NCBI GenBank assembly: GCA_963768805.1
Contig: CAVYJI010000010.1
Coordinates: 163,947-227,946, forward strand
Origin: an uncultured Bacteroidales bacterium
GTDB taxonomy: Bacteria; Bacteroidota; Bacteroidia; Bacteroidales; FEN-979
Direction: 5' to 3'
DNA length: 64,000 nt
Shown: positions 30,873 through 40,464 of the stretch, one piece after another
Position numbering within the stretch: position 1 is the stretch's first letter
Layout: every line of letters starts with the position of its first letter
Notes under the pieces: model-generated
What the model was told of the DNA's origin: nothing
Seen by the model: the letters and a program-made list of their open reading frames with translations, nothing else
Databases searched by the model: none
Position numbers and translations under genes: made by a program

Positions 30873-31832
30873 CTGGATACATCGCTCCATAATCCTCCCA
30901 CAGCAGAAGATATTCTGCAGGCAGCCCATCGCATCAGGCCTTATATTAACCGTACACCCATCATGACTTCTTCTACCCTGAACCGGATGACAGGAGCAGA
31001 ACTATATTTTAAATGTGAAAACTTTCAGAAAGTGGGCGCATTTAAAGCAAGGGGCGCCGCAAATGCAGTATTCTCGCTCAATGAATCTCAAACCGGAAAT
31101 GGAGTGTGCACGCACTCATCCGGTAACCATGCCCAGGCACTTGCCTGGGCTGCTTCGTTAAGAAACATGCCGGCCTACATAGTGATGCCTGAAAATTCAT
31201 CTGCAGTAAAGATCAATGCTGTCAGGGATTACGGTGGTTTGATTACCTTTTGTGAACCCACCCTTGAGGCAAGGGAGAAGACACTGAAAGATATTATTTC
31301 AGTCACTAATGCAATCGAAATCCACCCTTATAATAATCTTCGCATCATTGCAGGACAGGCGACGGCAGCAGCTGAACTATTTGAAGACACTGATAAACCT
31401 GATATACTGCTCGTACCGGTCGGAGGCGGGGGATTGCTGAGCGGCTCTGCGTTGGCTGCCTTTTATTTTGCACATGGGACGAAAGTCATTGCGGCCGAAC
31501 CTGAACAGGCCAACGATGCCTGGCTGTCGTTCAACCAAAAGAAATTTGTGCCCTCCCTTCATCCCGATACAATCGCGGATGGACTCAGGACTTCGCTGGG
31601 CAGCCTTACCCTGCCGATCATCCTTAACTATGTAGAAAATATCATTACGGTCTCTGAAGAATCCATCATCCATGCGATGCGTTTGGTATGGGAAAGAATG
31701 AAGATCCTGATAGAAACTTCCTCAGCGGTTCCTGTTGCAGCTTTACTGAGCGGGAAGTTAGATGTAAAAGGTAAAAAAGTCGGAGTGATCTTATCCGGAG
31801 GGAACGTCGATCCTGATCATTTACCATGGTAA
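30873..31832 (+). CDS. PLP-dependent serine/threonine dehydratase / serine racemase-family enzyme (probable non-canonical start)
   Basis: KCENFQKVGAFKARGA, HSSGNHAQ, VGGGGLLSG and SGGNVD motifs. The conserved N-terminus (PTAEDILQAAHRIRPYINRTP) lies in frame upstream of ATG 30963. Confidence 0.85.
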   Translation: MDTSLHNPPTAEDILQAAHRIRPYINRTPIMTSSTLNRMTGAELYFKCENFQKVGAFKARGAANAVFSLNESQTGNGVCTHSSGNHAQALAWAASLRNMPAYIVMPENSSAVKINAVRDYGGLITFCEPTLEAREKTLKDIISVTNAIEIHPYNNLRIIAGQATAAAELFEDTDKPDILLVPVGGGGLLSGSALAAFYFAHGTKVIAAEPEQANDAWLSFNQKKFVPSLHPDTIADGLRTSLGSLTLPIILNYVENIITVSEESIIHAMRLVWERMKILIETSSAVPVAALLSGKLDVKGKKVGVILSGGNVDPDHLPW

Positions 31833-31834
31833 AC

Positions 31835-32542
31835 ATGAAAAAAGGAACATTATATCTTGTACCCTCTTTCCTTGGTGAGAGCTCAATAAGTGATGTGTTT
31901 CCAATTGTAAACAGTGAGATCATCAGCAGGATTAAGTACTTTATTGTAGAGGAGATCAGGACGGCAAGACGGTTCCTTAAGAAAGTTTATCCTGAGATTG
32001 ATATCGACAGTCTGACCATTACAGTTTATAATGAGCACAGCAGTGTTAATGATGCATCCACTCTTCTTGAACCACTGTTCAAAGGCCAGGATGCGAGCAT
32101 CATTTCTGAAGCAGGTGTCCCATGTATTGCAGATCCAGGGTCTCAGATAGTCCGGATGGCGCATGAATCAGGAATCAGGGTGGTTCCATTGGTAGGCCCT
32201 TCCTCTCTCCTGCTTGGACTGATGGCCTCGGGGTTCAACGGTCAGAGTTTTGTGTTCCATGGTTACCTGCCAATAGATAAACCAGCGAGGACAAGGCGAC
32301 TCAAGGAAATTGAACAGGACATTTATAAAAAAGACCAGACACAGATCTTTATTGAGACACCTTACAGGAACCTCCAGCTTTTCCAGACAATTACAGAGAC
32401 CTGCCAGGGATCGACATTGCTTTGCCTTGCCATTTCACTGACCACTTCGGAAGAGAGGATTATAACACATCCTTTAGCTGAATGGAAAAAGAAGAAACCT
32501 GATTTAAATAAAAAACCAATTGTATTTTTGCTATACAAGTAA
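31835..32542 (+). CDS. SAM-dependent methyltransferase, tetrapyrrole-methylase/RsmI-like
   Basis: GTLYLVP, SEAGVPCIADPG, PLVGPSS and FIETPYRN motifs. Confidence 0.88.
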   Translation: MKKGTLYLVPSFLGESSISDVFPIVNSEIISRIKYFIVEEIRTARRFLKKVYPEIDIDSLTITVYNEHSSVNDASTLLEPLFKGQDASIISEAGVPCIADPGSQIVRMAHESGIRVVPLVGPSSLLLGLMASGFNGQSFVFHGYLPIDKPARTRRLKEIEQDIYKKDQTQIFIETPYRNLQLFQTITETCQGSTLLCLAISLTTSEERIITHPLAEWKKKKPDLNKKPIVFLLYK

Positions 32543-32617
32543 CATCCAATAGATAATATGACAAATCAGGGGGATCTATTTTACATTTTATACTTTAAAA
32601 TCAATAATAGCTGAATT

Positions 32618-33514
32618 TTGGAAAAGGTATTATCCATCCAGGGAATCTCAAAGAAATACGGCAGAATACAAGCCGTCAATGGTCTTTTTACAGAGATTCA
32701 TAAAGGACAGGTGTTTGGCCTGCTGGGGCCGAACGGAAGCGGCAAGACCACTACTCTCAGTATCCTCCTTGACCTGATAAGACAGGATACAGGAACCTTC
32801 GAATGGTTCGGGAAGCCACCAAACAAAGAAAGCAGAAAGCGCATAGGTTCTGTTATAGAAAACCCGAATTTCTTTCCCTATCTTAGTGCTACAAGAAACC
32901 TTAAGATCGTTGCGGATATCAAGGATAAACCATACAATGACATCGATGAAGTGCTTCAGATCGCTGGCCTTTATGACCGCAGGAATGACCGTTTCCGCAC
33001 TTATTCCTACGGGATGAAGCAACGCCTGGCCGTCGCATCAGCTCTGCTGGGAAGCCCCGAGGTGCTCATCCTCGACGAGCCGACCAACGGATTGGATCCT
33101 CAGGGGATTGCACAAATGCGTGACCTGATCAGAGTTGTAGCACAAAAAGGCATCACCATCATCCTGGCCAGTCATCTGCTGGATGAAGTCCAGAAGATTT
33201 GCTCACACGTAGCCGTACTGAACAAAGGCAAAAAATTGTTCGACGGTGAAGTGAAGGAAGTATTAGCAGTTTCAGAGCTACTCGAGATTGCTGCCAGTGA
33301 CATGGACCAGCTCCAAAAAGCCATTACAACGCACCCGGGTTTTGCTTCAATCGTGAGATCAGATGAAAAGTGGCTGGTTTATTTCAAGGATCAGATAAAG
33401 CCTGCAGAAGTCAACGAATTCCTTTATAGACAAGGCATTGTGCTGACCCATCTATGCGAACGTAAAAGGACGCTGGAACAACATTTCCTGGAACTCTTAC
33501 ACGATAATACATGA
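32618..33514 (+). CDS. ABC transporter ATP-binding protein
   Basis: GPNGSGKTT, YSYGMKQRL, LDEPTNGLD and SHLL motifs. Confidence 0.93.
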   Translation: MEKVLSIQGISKKYGRIQAVNGLFTEIHKGQVFGLLGPNGSGKTTTLSILLDLIRQDTGTFEWFGKPPNKESRKRIGSVIENPNFFPYLSATRNLKIVADIKDKPYNDIDEVLQIAGLYDRRNDRFRTYSYGMKQRLAVASALLGSPEVLILDEPTNGLDPQGIAQMRDLIRVVAQKGITIILASHLLDEVQKICSHVAVLNKGKKLFDGEVKEVLAVSELLEIAASDMDQLQKAITTHPGFASIVRSDEKWLVYFKDQIKPAEVNEFLYRQGIVLTHLCERKRTLEQHFLELLHDNT

Positions 33515-33517
33515 TCA

Positions 33518-34348
33518 ATGGTCAAGCTGCTGAAGATTGAATTGAAAAAAATCATGACCTACAAGGTCTTCTGGATCCTGATGGGGCTATACTTCACGTT
33601 CCTCATCCTGGGGATCCTGATGGCCGGGTTCACGATCAATAACTGGATCGATAACCTCAATCAACATAGTCCTATCCCCTTCCCTCATGTGAGGTTCTAT
33701 TTTTTTCCCGATGTCTGGCAGAACATAACCTTCTTTGCCAGTATCCGGTTTGTACTGATCCTTCCTGCCATTGTGGTGATCATCCTGATCACCAACGAAT
33801 TTACGAATAAAACGATCAGGCAGAACATTGTCAATGGCATGAGCCGCCAGGAATTCCTGCTATCAAAACTGCAACTGATCTTCCTTATCTCCTTACTCAT
33901 AACATTCATTCTTATCCTGAGCATACTTATCCTTGGCATTGCCAATACTGATGGTTTTAACCTGCCGATGATGCTCAAGAAGATGAGTTTTGCAGGCGGC
34001 TTCTTTATCCAGATGTTCAGCTTCCTGATATTTGCCTTCTTTACGGGTTTTCTTTTAAGAAACACCGGCTTATCGATTGCATTCTTCACTCTTTATGCAA
34101 TCATCATCGAGCCGGTCCTTTATTTTATCCTCAAAATACCAAAACTTCAACCAAATAATATTTCCCGCTTCCTTCCGGTCAGTTCCGTCGTCCGTATCGT
34201 CGAGTACCCTTACTTCCCGATACTTAAAAAGATCATAGGGTTAAATATCCAGGAACAATTGTCCCTGCTTGATTGCGCCGTTCCATTAATCTACTCCATA
34301 CTGATGATAGGAATTGTTTTCCGGATACTCTCCAGGAAAGACCTGTAG
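33518..34348 (+). CDS. ABC-2 type transporter permease
   Basis: About 6 TM helices; ITNEFTNKTIRQNIVNGMSR; follows the ATPase. Confidence 0.88.
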   Translation: MVKLLKIELKKIMTYKVFWILMGLYFTFLILGILMAGFTINNWIDNLNQHSPIPFPHVRFYFFPDVWQNITFFASIRFVLILPAIVVIILITNEFTNKTIRQNIVNGMSRQEFLLSKLQLIFLISLLITFILILSILILGIANTDGFNLPMMLKKMSFAGGFFIQMFSFLIFAFFTGFLLRNTGLSIAFFTLYAIIIEPVLYFILKIPKLQPNNISRFLPVSSVVRIVEYPYFPILKKIIGLNIQEQLSLLDCAVPLIYSILMIGIVFRILSRKDL

Positions 34349-34404
34349 TGGTGGCAAACCTGGTAAAGATCCTCAAATTCAACGATAACCCAAAAACAAT
34401 CAGC

Positions 34405-37359
34405 ATGAAAAAGAATGGATGGTTTGAATTCATCGAAGGATACCCGTGGTATAAAGGAGAAGGTAATTATCCTTTACGCGCTTATTCAGAATACATGCCT
34501 CCAGTAAGGATTGGGATCTCGCCTTACAAAGGAGAAGCCGATCAGAGGATATTCGATATTCACGACCCCTATGGCTGGAAGATCTCAGAATTTGAAGAAG
34601 AATTCCAGCTGAGGCCCGGACTTGAAATTACAGGAAAACAGATACTTGAACACGTTGTTCAAATGGGGAGTGGTAAATTTCCGCCACATCTTGCCGGGCA
34701 CAAGCAAAAAAACCTTATCGGAAATCTTTTCTGGCCGAATGAAATTGCATCACAGACAGGGTGGCAGGAAAACGAAAGGTACGTTTCTTTATTGCCAATG
34801 GCACTGTCAAAAACAAATGACGATAAAGGAAGGGTCCGTTGGACATTTTTCGGGGCCAGTGAGCAGGGCCCTGAGAAAGCTTTCTGGAAATCATTCTATG
34901 ATGAACCAGGTAAGGAAATCCCGGCAGAAGTCTTTATATCGCTGATGCAATGGATCCTCAAGAATGCTTATGGAATACATGTTGAAAACGGAGAGCATTT
35001 GAAAAGCCTAGGATTCAGGATCCTGTCCACAGGAGATTTTTATCCATTTACCTATTGGAAGATGGAATCACTTCCATCCTGGACCAAGGGATATCTGATA
35101 AAAGACGAAGATGACCTTTCTAACATAAAATACCTGCTGACATTCCGTCCATTCAGTAAGCTGCCTGCTGTTGCACAGGAGCGTTACCTTGCAGGGAAGT
35201 TAGCATTGCTGCCCTTTCCAGGGAGCCTGATGATGTGGGGAAGCCAGGAGTATATCAGGCTTCAGAAGACACAGTACAATGCAATCCAGATGCCTATGCT
35301 GGGCCTGGTGAAAAGGAATGAAGACCTCCACGGGATCCGCGTCCCTCAATCGGGCTGGCTTCATGAACCTAAAGCTGCCGGGGAAAAAGCAGATATCCTG
35401 GAGCACTTTATCATCAATACCTATATACGCACAAACCGCTGGGACAGAGTACACAGAAATGAAGATGCCCTGCTCGTCAGCAAAGAAGTTGATCCTGTTG
35501 TGCAAACGCTTTTCAGCACTAACCTTAAATCCCTCGATCTTTACAATAAGCCCATGGCACGTAACAGCCAGTTGTTGCATGAATCGCTGGAATTGTTGCT
35601 GGATGGCCCGAGGGCAGGGAGAAAAACTATTGGCGAGGCCGAGTTAAAAGTGATCAATGGCGGTTTATTCCGATACCGGTTCTTTTTCCCTCCCATGCAG
35701 GCAGGGATTTATGAGACCTGGTGGCACCGGCCAATGGTCGGATGCCTCTCCAAAGATAGAAACAGCATCGTCATCTCCCCGGAAACGATCACAGGATACC
35801 TGACAGCCTATTCTGCCGAAAAACCAGATCCTGCAAACACCATAGAACTCTGGCCGAGGTTTCAGAGACGGGAATTGCAGCTTTCAATCCTGAATAATTT
35901 TAATCCTGAGCACGATCATTACCTCCATCAAACATCCCTGAACTTAATCGCCCTTCTGGAAAGCTGGGAACAATTAGGTAAACAACCTCTGGATGCAGAA
36001 TTCGCACGACATATAATAAGGATACCAAAGGATGAAAGCATGGTAGGATGGCTCGCTTCATTCCCGGGAAGGTCAAAGGATCAAAAAAAAGCAGAATCAA
36101 TCAAAATCGCAATATCTTCCATTTTAAAGCCTGTTACCGTCGAACATGAAGTTCCGAATCACCTGACATTCAGCGATACGGCAAGTCGTACCTATGAAGA
36201 AGCTTACTGGAACCAGATCCTTTACCTGTCTCATGGGAAGTTCATCAACAAAGACAATGCAGATGTGGTCCATGATACGCAGACATTAAAGTATGCGGCT
36301 CATCCCCACAGGGATCTTGAAATGCTTGGAGAATATCTTATTGGCAGGTATCGTGAAGAGGTCCGACTTGCGGGTATGGAAAGCGAAGCAGAGGTCGGGG
36401 AATTGCCTTTTCGCTGGGAAACTGATTTTGAGTTTCATGATTATGGCGGATGGAAAGCCAACCAGGATGGTTCTGCATCTGAAAGGAACATTTTACTGAT
36501 CATTCCCGGCAAAAACCGGAGCGAAGCCGTCGTCATGTCAGATCATTATGACACAGCCTACATGGAAGATGTTTATGATGGCAAAGGCGCCAATGCCGGG
36601 GCCAGGCTGTCAGCCGCAGGCGCTGACGATAATCATTCAGCCACCTCTACCCTCCTGCTTGCTGCACCTATCTATCTCAGGATGGCCAAAGAAGGGTTGC
36701 TCGAGCGGGATATCTGGCTGTTGCACCTTACCGGTGAAGAGTTCCCTTCTGATTGCATGGGGGCCCGTAATTTCTGCCAGAATGCAATCCAGCAGACACT
36801 GAAATTGCACAAGACTGACGGCACAATAAAAGATCTTTCTGGTATTGATATAAAAGGTGTTGTTTTGATGGACATGATCGCACACAACCGTGAAAGCGGC
36901 CGGGACATCTTCCAGATAGCACCAGGGAACTCCCCGGCATCACTCAGGCTTTCATTCCAGGCTTTCCAGGCATGCCGTTCATGGAATGTACACGCTAAGA
37001 AATGGAATGAGTCTCCTGACAGAAAAGGATGCGGGCGGGGAAAAAGAACGACTGACGGTGTGACCATTCCGCCGAAGGCTTTGCACCTCCTCCCTGATGC
37101 AGAGGTACGTACCTGGAAAGATCCGCACAGCACGCTTTATAATACGGATGGCATCATTTTTTCAGATACAGGAATTCCTGTTATCCTTTTCATGGAGAAT
37201 TATGATATCAGTCGCCAGGGTTATCATGACACCCATGATACAATGGAAAATATAGATCTTGACTATGGGGCGGCAATATCAGCTATTGCAATTGAAACAA
37301 TAGCAAGGGTTGCGACTTTGAAAGATACTGAAACACTGGTGGAAAAATATTTTATTTAG
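34405..37359 (+). CDS. Large cytoplasmic protein with C-terminal M28 metallopeptidase domain and uncharacterised N-terminal region
   Basis: C-terminal DHYDT, GADDNHS, GEEF, MDMIAH and YHDTHD motifs. About 690 N-terminal residues unrecognised. No signal peptide from ATG 34405. Confidence 0.8.
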   Translation: MKKNGWFEFIEGYPWYKGEGNYPLRAYSEYMPPVRIGISPYKGEADQRIFDIHDPYGWKISEFEEEFQLRPGLEITGKQILEHVVQMGSGKFPPHLAGHKQKNLIGNLFWPNEIASQTGWQENERYVSLLPMALSKTNDDKGRVRWTFFGASEQGPEKAFWKSFYDEPGKEIPAEVFISLMQWILKNAYGIHVENGEHLKSLGFRILSTGDFYPFTYWKMESLPSWTKGYLIKDEDDLSNIKYLLTFRPFSKLPAVAQERYLAGKLALLPFPGSLMMWGSQEYIRLQKTQYNAIQMPMLGLVKRNEDLHGIRVPQSGWLHEPKAAGEKADILEHFIINTYIRTNRWDRVHRNEDALLVSKEVDPVVQTLFSTNLKSLDLYNKPMARNSQLLHESLELLLDGPRAGRKTIGEAELKVINGGLFRYRFFFPPMQAGIYETWWHRPMVGCLSKDRNSIVISPETITGYLTAYSAEKPDPANTIELWPRFQRRELQLSILNNFNPEHDHYLHQTSLNLIALLESWEQLGKQPLDAEFARHIIRIPKDESMVGWLASFPGRSKDQKKAESIKIAISSILKPVTVEHEVPNHLTFSDTASRTYEEAYWNQILYLSHGKFINKDNADVVHDTQTLKYAAHPHRDLEMLGEYLIGRYREEVRLAGMESEAEVGELPFRWETDFEFHDYGGWKANQDGSASERNILLIIPGKNRSEAVVMSDHYDTAYMEDVYDGKGANAGARLSAAGADDNHSATSTLLLAAPIYLRMAKEGLLERDIWLLHLTGEEFPSDCMGARNFCQNAIQQTLKLHKTDGTIKDLSGIDIKGVVLMDMIAHNRESGRDIFQIAPGNSPASLRLSFQAFQACRSWNVHAKKWNESPDRKGCGRGKRTTDGVTIPPKALHLLPDAEVRTWKDPHSTLYNTDGIIFSDTGIPVILFMENYDISRQGYHDTHDTMENIDLDYGAAISAIAIETIARVATLKDTETLVEKYFI

Positions 37360-37426
37360 ACCATATACAAATAACGAGAACCATATTATCTTTGTCGTTT
37401 ATTCACAGAAATTTAAACTTAACAGT

Positions 37427-37864
37427 ATGAAAACGACAATGAAAATAATATTACTTGCAGTGGTTCTACTTATAGGTACCCGCACTATTGCACAGGATCG
37501 TGTTTATAAAGACGGCTCAGTATGGACTGTCTCATTAATAAAGACGACATACGGAATGAATGATGAGTATCTTACAAACTTAAAATCAACATGGAAAGCG
37601 TTGCATGATGAAGCTTTGAAGCAGGGTTTGATCCTTTCTTATAAAATCCTCGCCGGTGATGTTGCAAATCCGCAAGATTGGGACATCATGCTTTTGGTGG
37701 AATATAAAAACCTGGCCAGCATGGAAGGCACGGATGATAAATGGGCTGCAATTTATAAGAAAGTAATCGGGGATGCGGCTGCCACGAAACAACTAATGGA
37801 CACCCGGGTATCCATGCGAACAATTTTTGGTGAAAAACTGATGAGGGAGGTAGTTTACAACTAA
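37427..37864 (+). CDS. Small exported hypothetical protein
   Basis: Signal peptide, 145 aa; own TATCTTTG promoter at 37387-37394. Confidence 0.75.
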   Translation: MKTTMKIILLAVVLLIGTRTIAQDRVYKDGSVWTVSLIKTTYGMNDEYLTNLKSTWKALHDEALKQGLILSYKILAGDVANPQDWDIMLLVEYKNLASMEGTDDKWAAIYKKVIGDAAATKQLMDTRVSMRTIFGEKLMREVVYN

Positions 37865-37968
37865 TAACCTATGCAAATAAAAAAGAGTGTGGATCGAAAG
37901 TCAAATTATCTTTTATAGAATTGATTTTTAGAAAGTACTCTCGCAGGAGGGTTTAAGTAAACCGAAGC

Positions 37969-38011
37969 AAAAAGAAGGCGACTCGACTTATGAGTCACCT
38001 TCTTTTTTTTT
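37969..38011. terminator. Probable bidirectional intrinsic terminator
   Basis: AAAAAGAAGGCGACTC-loop-GAGTCACCTTCTTTTTTTTT between convergent genes. Confidence 0.8.
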
Positions 38012-38068
38012 GACGGCAAATCACGTGTATGAACCCCAGGCAAGTCGTGGAACTCAATCCTCTCGGGA

Positions 38069-38491
38069 TCATTTTAAGGCGTTGTCAATTTCTGATTTAA
38101 GGGTTGCCTTGAATTTTCCCGGGTTACTTTTGCCGTAGTCAAAGGCAAAACGGGTAAGGTCCTTAGAGATCTCTTTGCCATTTTCCAGTCTGACGATATA
38201 AAGCGCCTGGGCATTGATATCAAATTTTGAAACGACCGCGAGATTGGCTTTGTCTTCGGTATTCAGCACTTTGAATAGTATGGTCCCATTGGCTGTCTCT
38301 TTTGCAAAATATGTTTGCATCACGGCTTTGGTATTCGCCTCGATGGACTGGTCAATCGGACACCGTTCAGAGGGATGGAAGTAATATACCTGCACTTTTG
38401 ACGGACTACTCCCCTGCCCTTTTGTTTGAGACCAGGCTATCGGGGGTCCAATCATGACCATCACAAGGGATAGAATCAGAATGTTTTTCAT
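38069..38491 (-). CDS. Exported thioredoxin-like protein (ArsF/nitrophenyl nitroreductase-subunit family)
   Basis: Signal peptide; VQVYYFHPSERCPIDQSIE resembles the family VxxYFHxxxRCxTCxxIE motif but lacks the second Cys. Confidence 0.7.
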   Translation of the reverse strand: MKNILILSLVMVMIGPPIAWSQTKGQGSSPSKVQVYYFHPSERCPIDQSIEANTKAVMQTYFAKETANGTILFKVLNTEDKANLAVVSKFDINAQALYIVRLENGKEISKDLTRFAFDYGKSNPGKFKATLKSEIDNALK

Positions 38492-38717
38492 AGTAGAGAA
38501 GATTTTACTTCATGCGCTCGATTTGTTTCCGAGATAAGATGCATGCAGACTTAACGATGATGTTTATCAGGACTTCAAAGATAAGACTTTTTATTTTTAG
38601 TGGTATTGATGCGATTTGATGAACTGTCTCTTGTTTATGAGGGAGTACTTTCCAAGTAGACTAATATTGAATGGAAAATATTTTGTAATTATGCAGTAAA
38701 ATCAAAAATTATGTCAT

Positions 38718-38915
38718 ATGGCAATTGCAGATGATAATGTTTTAGTAAGGAACTTTCATGGGAGGATCGGGGGGCTGATCATACGGGTGGTTGCAGGAAA
38801 GACGGTTGCTTCCGTAGTCCCTGATTATAAGAACAGGAAGTGGAGCAAGGCACAGAAGGCCAACCGAATGCGTTTCGGCAAGGGAGTGAAATATGCAAGG
38901 TATGTCTGTTTATAA
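38718..38915 (+). pseudogene. Probable truncated remnant of a Bacteroidota basic hypothetical protein
   Basis: MAIADDNVLVRNFHGRIGG...GKTV...SKAQKANRMRF...VKYAR resembles the N-terminus of a longer family (from recall) but stops after 65 aa and runs into repeats. Confidence 0.5.
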
Positions 38916-38929
38916 AAAAGTGATCAAAA

Positions 38930-39052
38930 AACGAGAATTTGGACCTGATCGATGGTATCCATGGAAGGGATATAGATTGAATAAAGCTAAAGTACATGTT
39001 AGTCGGAGGCAGGACGGAGGCAGGGCGGAGACAGGGCGGAGGGAGACTAAGG
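38930..39052. repeat. 11-bp-period G-rich tandem repeat
   Basis: CGGAG starts at 39004, 39015, 39026 and 39037 (CGGAGGCAGGA/CGGAGGCAGGG/CGGAGACAGGG/CGGAGGGAGAC), with degenerate units upstream. Confidence 0.7.
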
Positions 39053-39117
39053 AAAATCCGGAAGTAAAAGTAGCTATCTGATGAAGTGGTTAACCGGCGG
39101 GGCACAAGGTCAAAGTA

Positions 39118-39150
39118 AATTACGAATTACGAATTACGAATTACGAATTA
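39118..39150. repeat. Heptamer tandem repeat (AATTACG)x4.7
   Basis: Four exact AATTACG copies plus AATTA. Confidence 0.9.
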
Positions 39151-39297
39151 GTCATTTCAAGTGCGAAGTGTTAGCTGAGAAATATTTTGCTCGTTAAAAA
39201 CGAGCAGTGAGTCGGCACGCGTCACAGACGAGCGACAGCTGAAGCATAAGGTCATAGGGTTAGAAGGTGAAGGGTAAATGAGGAATGATAAGGTTTG

Positions 39298-39696
39298 TTA
39301 TTTTTCGTCCCGGAACAAAAGGTCAATTTCTCCTTTTTCGCGAATGCATTCCATTAACTTGTTCTTCAGTTTCCAGCAGGTCATCTGGCGAAGGTCCATC
39401 TGGCGGGACAATTCATAAGTGGATACAGCAGGATCTTTGCATACCATATATATCATCCTGAAAGCTTCGGGAAGGGGTATCCTGCAGCGATGAAATATGG
39501 TATGGGCAGTAGCTGACTCTTCATGCTTGCAGCGTGTGCAGCGCCGGGAATAAGGGGTTTTACCATTGCAAAAGTTTTTGTTTCCGCAGTTCCGGCAGGT
39601 GTATCCTTCAACCCACTTCTGACCAGCAATTAATTTAAGGCATGCTTCTTTTGAATCGAATGACCTGATCTCAATTTTATCAAAAGGAATTTTCAT
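39298..39696 (-). mobile_element. IS1595-type transposase zinc-ribbon/HTH protein without a DDE domain
   Basis: ACLKLIAGQKWVEGYTCRNCG...RCTRCKHEESATAHTIFH; only 132 aa; no catalytic domain or terminal inverted repeats seen. Confidence 0.7.
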
Positions 39697-39933
39697 ATTT
39701 TCTTCGATAAGTTGTCACTGAAAGTCTGTTTGAGGCAGAAAGATCTTGATTCTCACGAATTAAAACGGCTGATTAATTTCAACTTAGCAACAAAGATAAA
39801 AATAAATAGTGATACTTATGCGATTTATTATTAAAAATATTTTATCTTTGCAGTGAAATTTAAAACCGGCATTTTATAAAAAATTACAGCCAAAATAAGA
39901 TTAAATATTGTTTAACTCTCTAATAATCATTTT

Positions 39934-40299
39934 ATGACACTTGAGCATCTGACAAAACAGACATTTCTTGATAAAGTCTTCAATTATGAGGTAAATCAGG
40001 ACTGGAAATTTGAAGGCGATTTGCCATGCATTATCGATTTTTACGCTGACTGGTGCGGACCCTGTAAGGTGGTAGCGCCCCTGCTGGAAGAACTTTCGGC
40101 AGAGTACTCAGGTAAAATCAACATTTACAAGATAGATACTGAAGCGGAACAGGAACTTGCCTCTGCCTTTGGAATCAGAAGCATTCCTTCAATGCTTTTC
40201 TGTCCAAAAGAGGGGCAGCCACAAATGGCGGTTGGCGCTTTACCAAAAGATTCACTGAAGCAAGCGATCAATGATTTGTTGTTAAAGGAACAGAACTAA
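39934..40299 (+). CDS. trxA: Thioredoxin
   Basis: DFYADWCGPCK and GIRSIP motifs; TATCTTTG promoter at 39843-39850. Confidence 0.93.
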   Translation: MTLEHLTKQTFLDKVFNYEVNQDWKFEGDLPCIIDFYADWCGPCKVVAPLLEELSAEYSGKINIYKIDTEAEQELASAFGIRSIPSMLFCPKEGQPQMAVGALPKDSLKQAINDLLLKEQN

Positions 40300-40370
40300 C
40301 AAGCGTTTCCCGGGATTAGTTCCATTTTCTTTATCATCATACCGGAAAAATCGTGACGCGTAACGCGAAG

Positions 40371-40406
40371 ATTTGAAAATTTGGAGATTTGGAGATTTGG
40401 AGATTT
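40371..40406. repeat. Octamer tandem repeat ATTTG(G/A)A(G/A) x4
   Basis: ATTTGAAA ATTTGGAG ATTTGGAG ATTTGGAG ATTT. Confidence 0.8.
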
Positions 40407-40464
40407 TCTGTTTTTGTTACCACAGAAAACGGTCAACATATTTCAGGCAAGGACGGTTTAACTC

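Noticed and set aside
37883-37942. Long imperfect hairpin downstream of the 37427 gene (possible ncRNA)
   Set aside because: AT-rich with weak pairing and no recognisable family; adequately explained as 3' UTR ahead of the terminator at 37969-38011.
39118-39150. Tandem repeats considered as a CRISPR array
   Set aside because: Contiguous 7-mers with no spacers, and no cas genes in the window.
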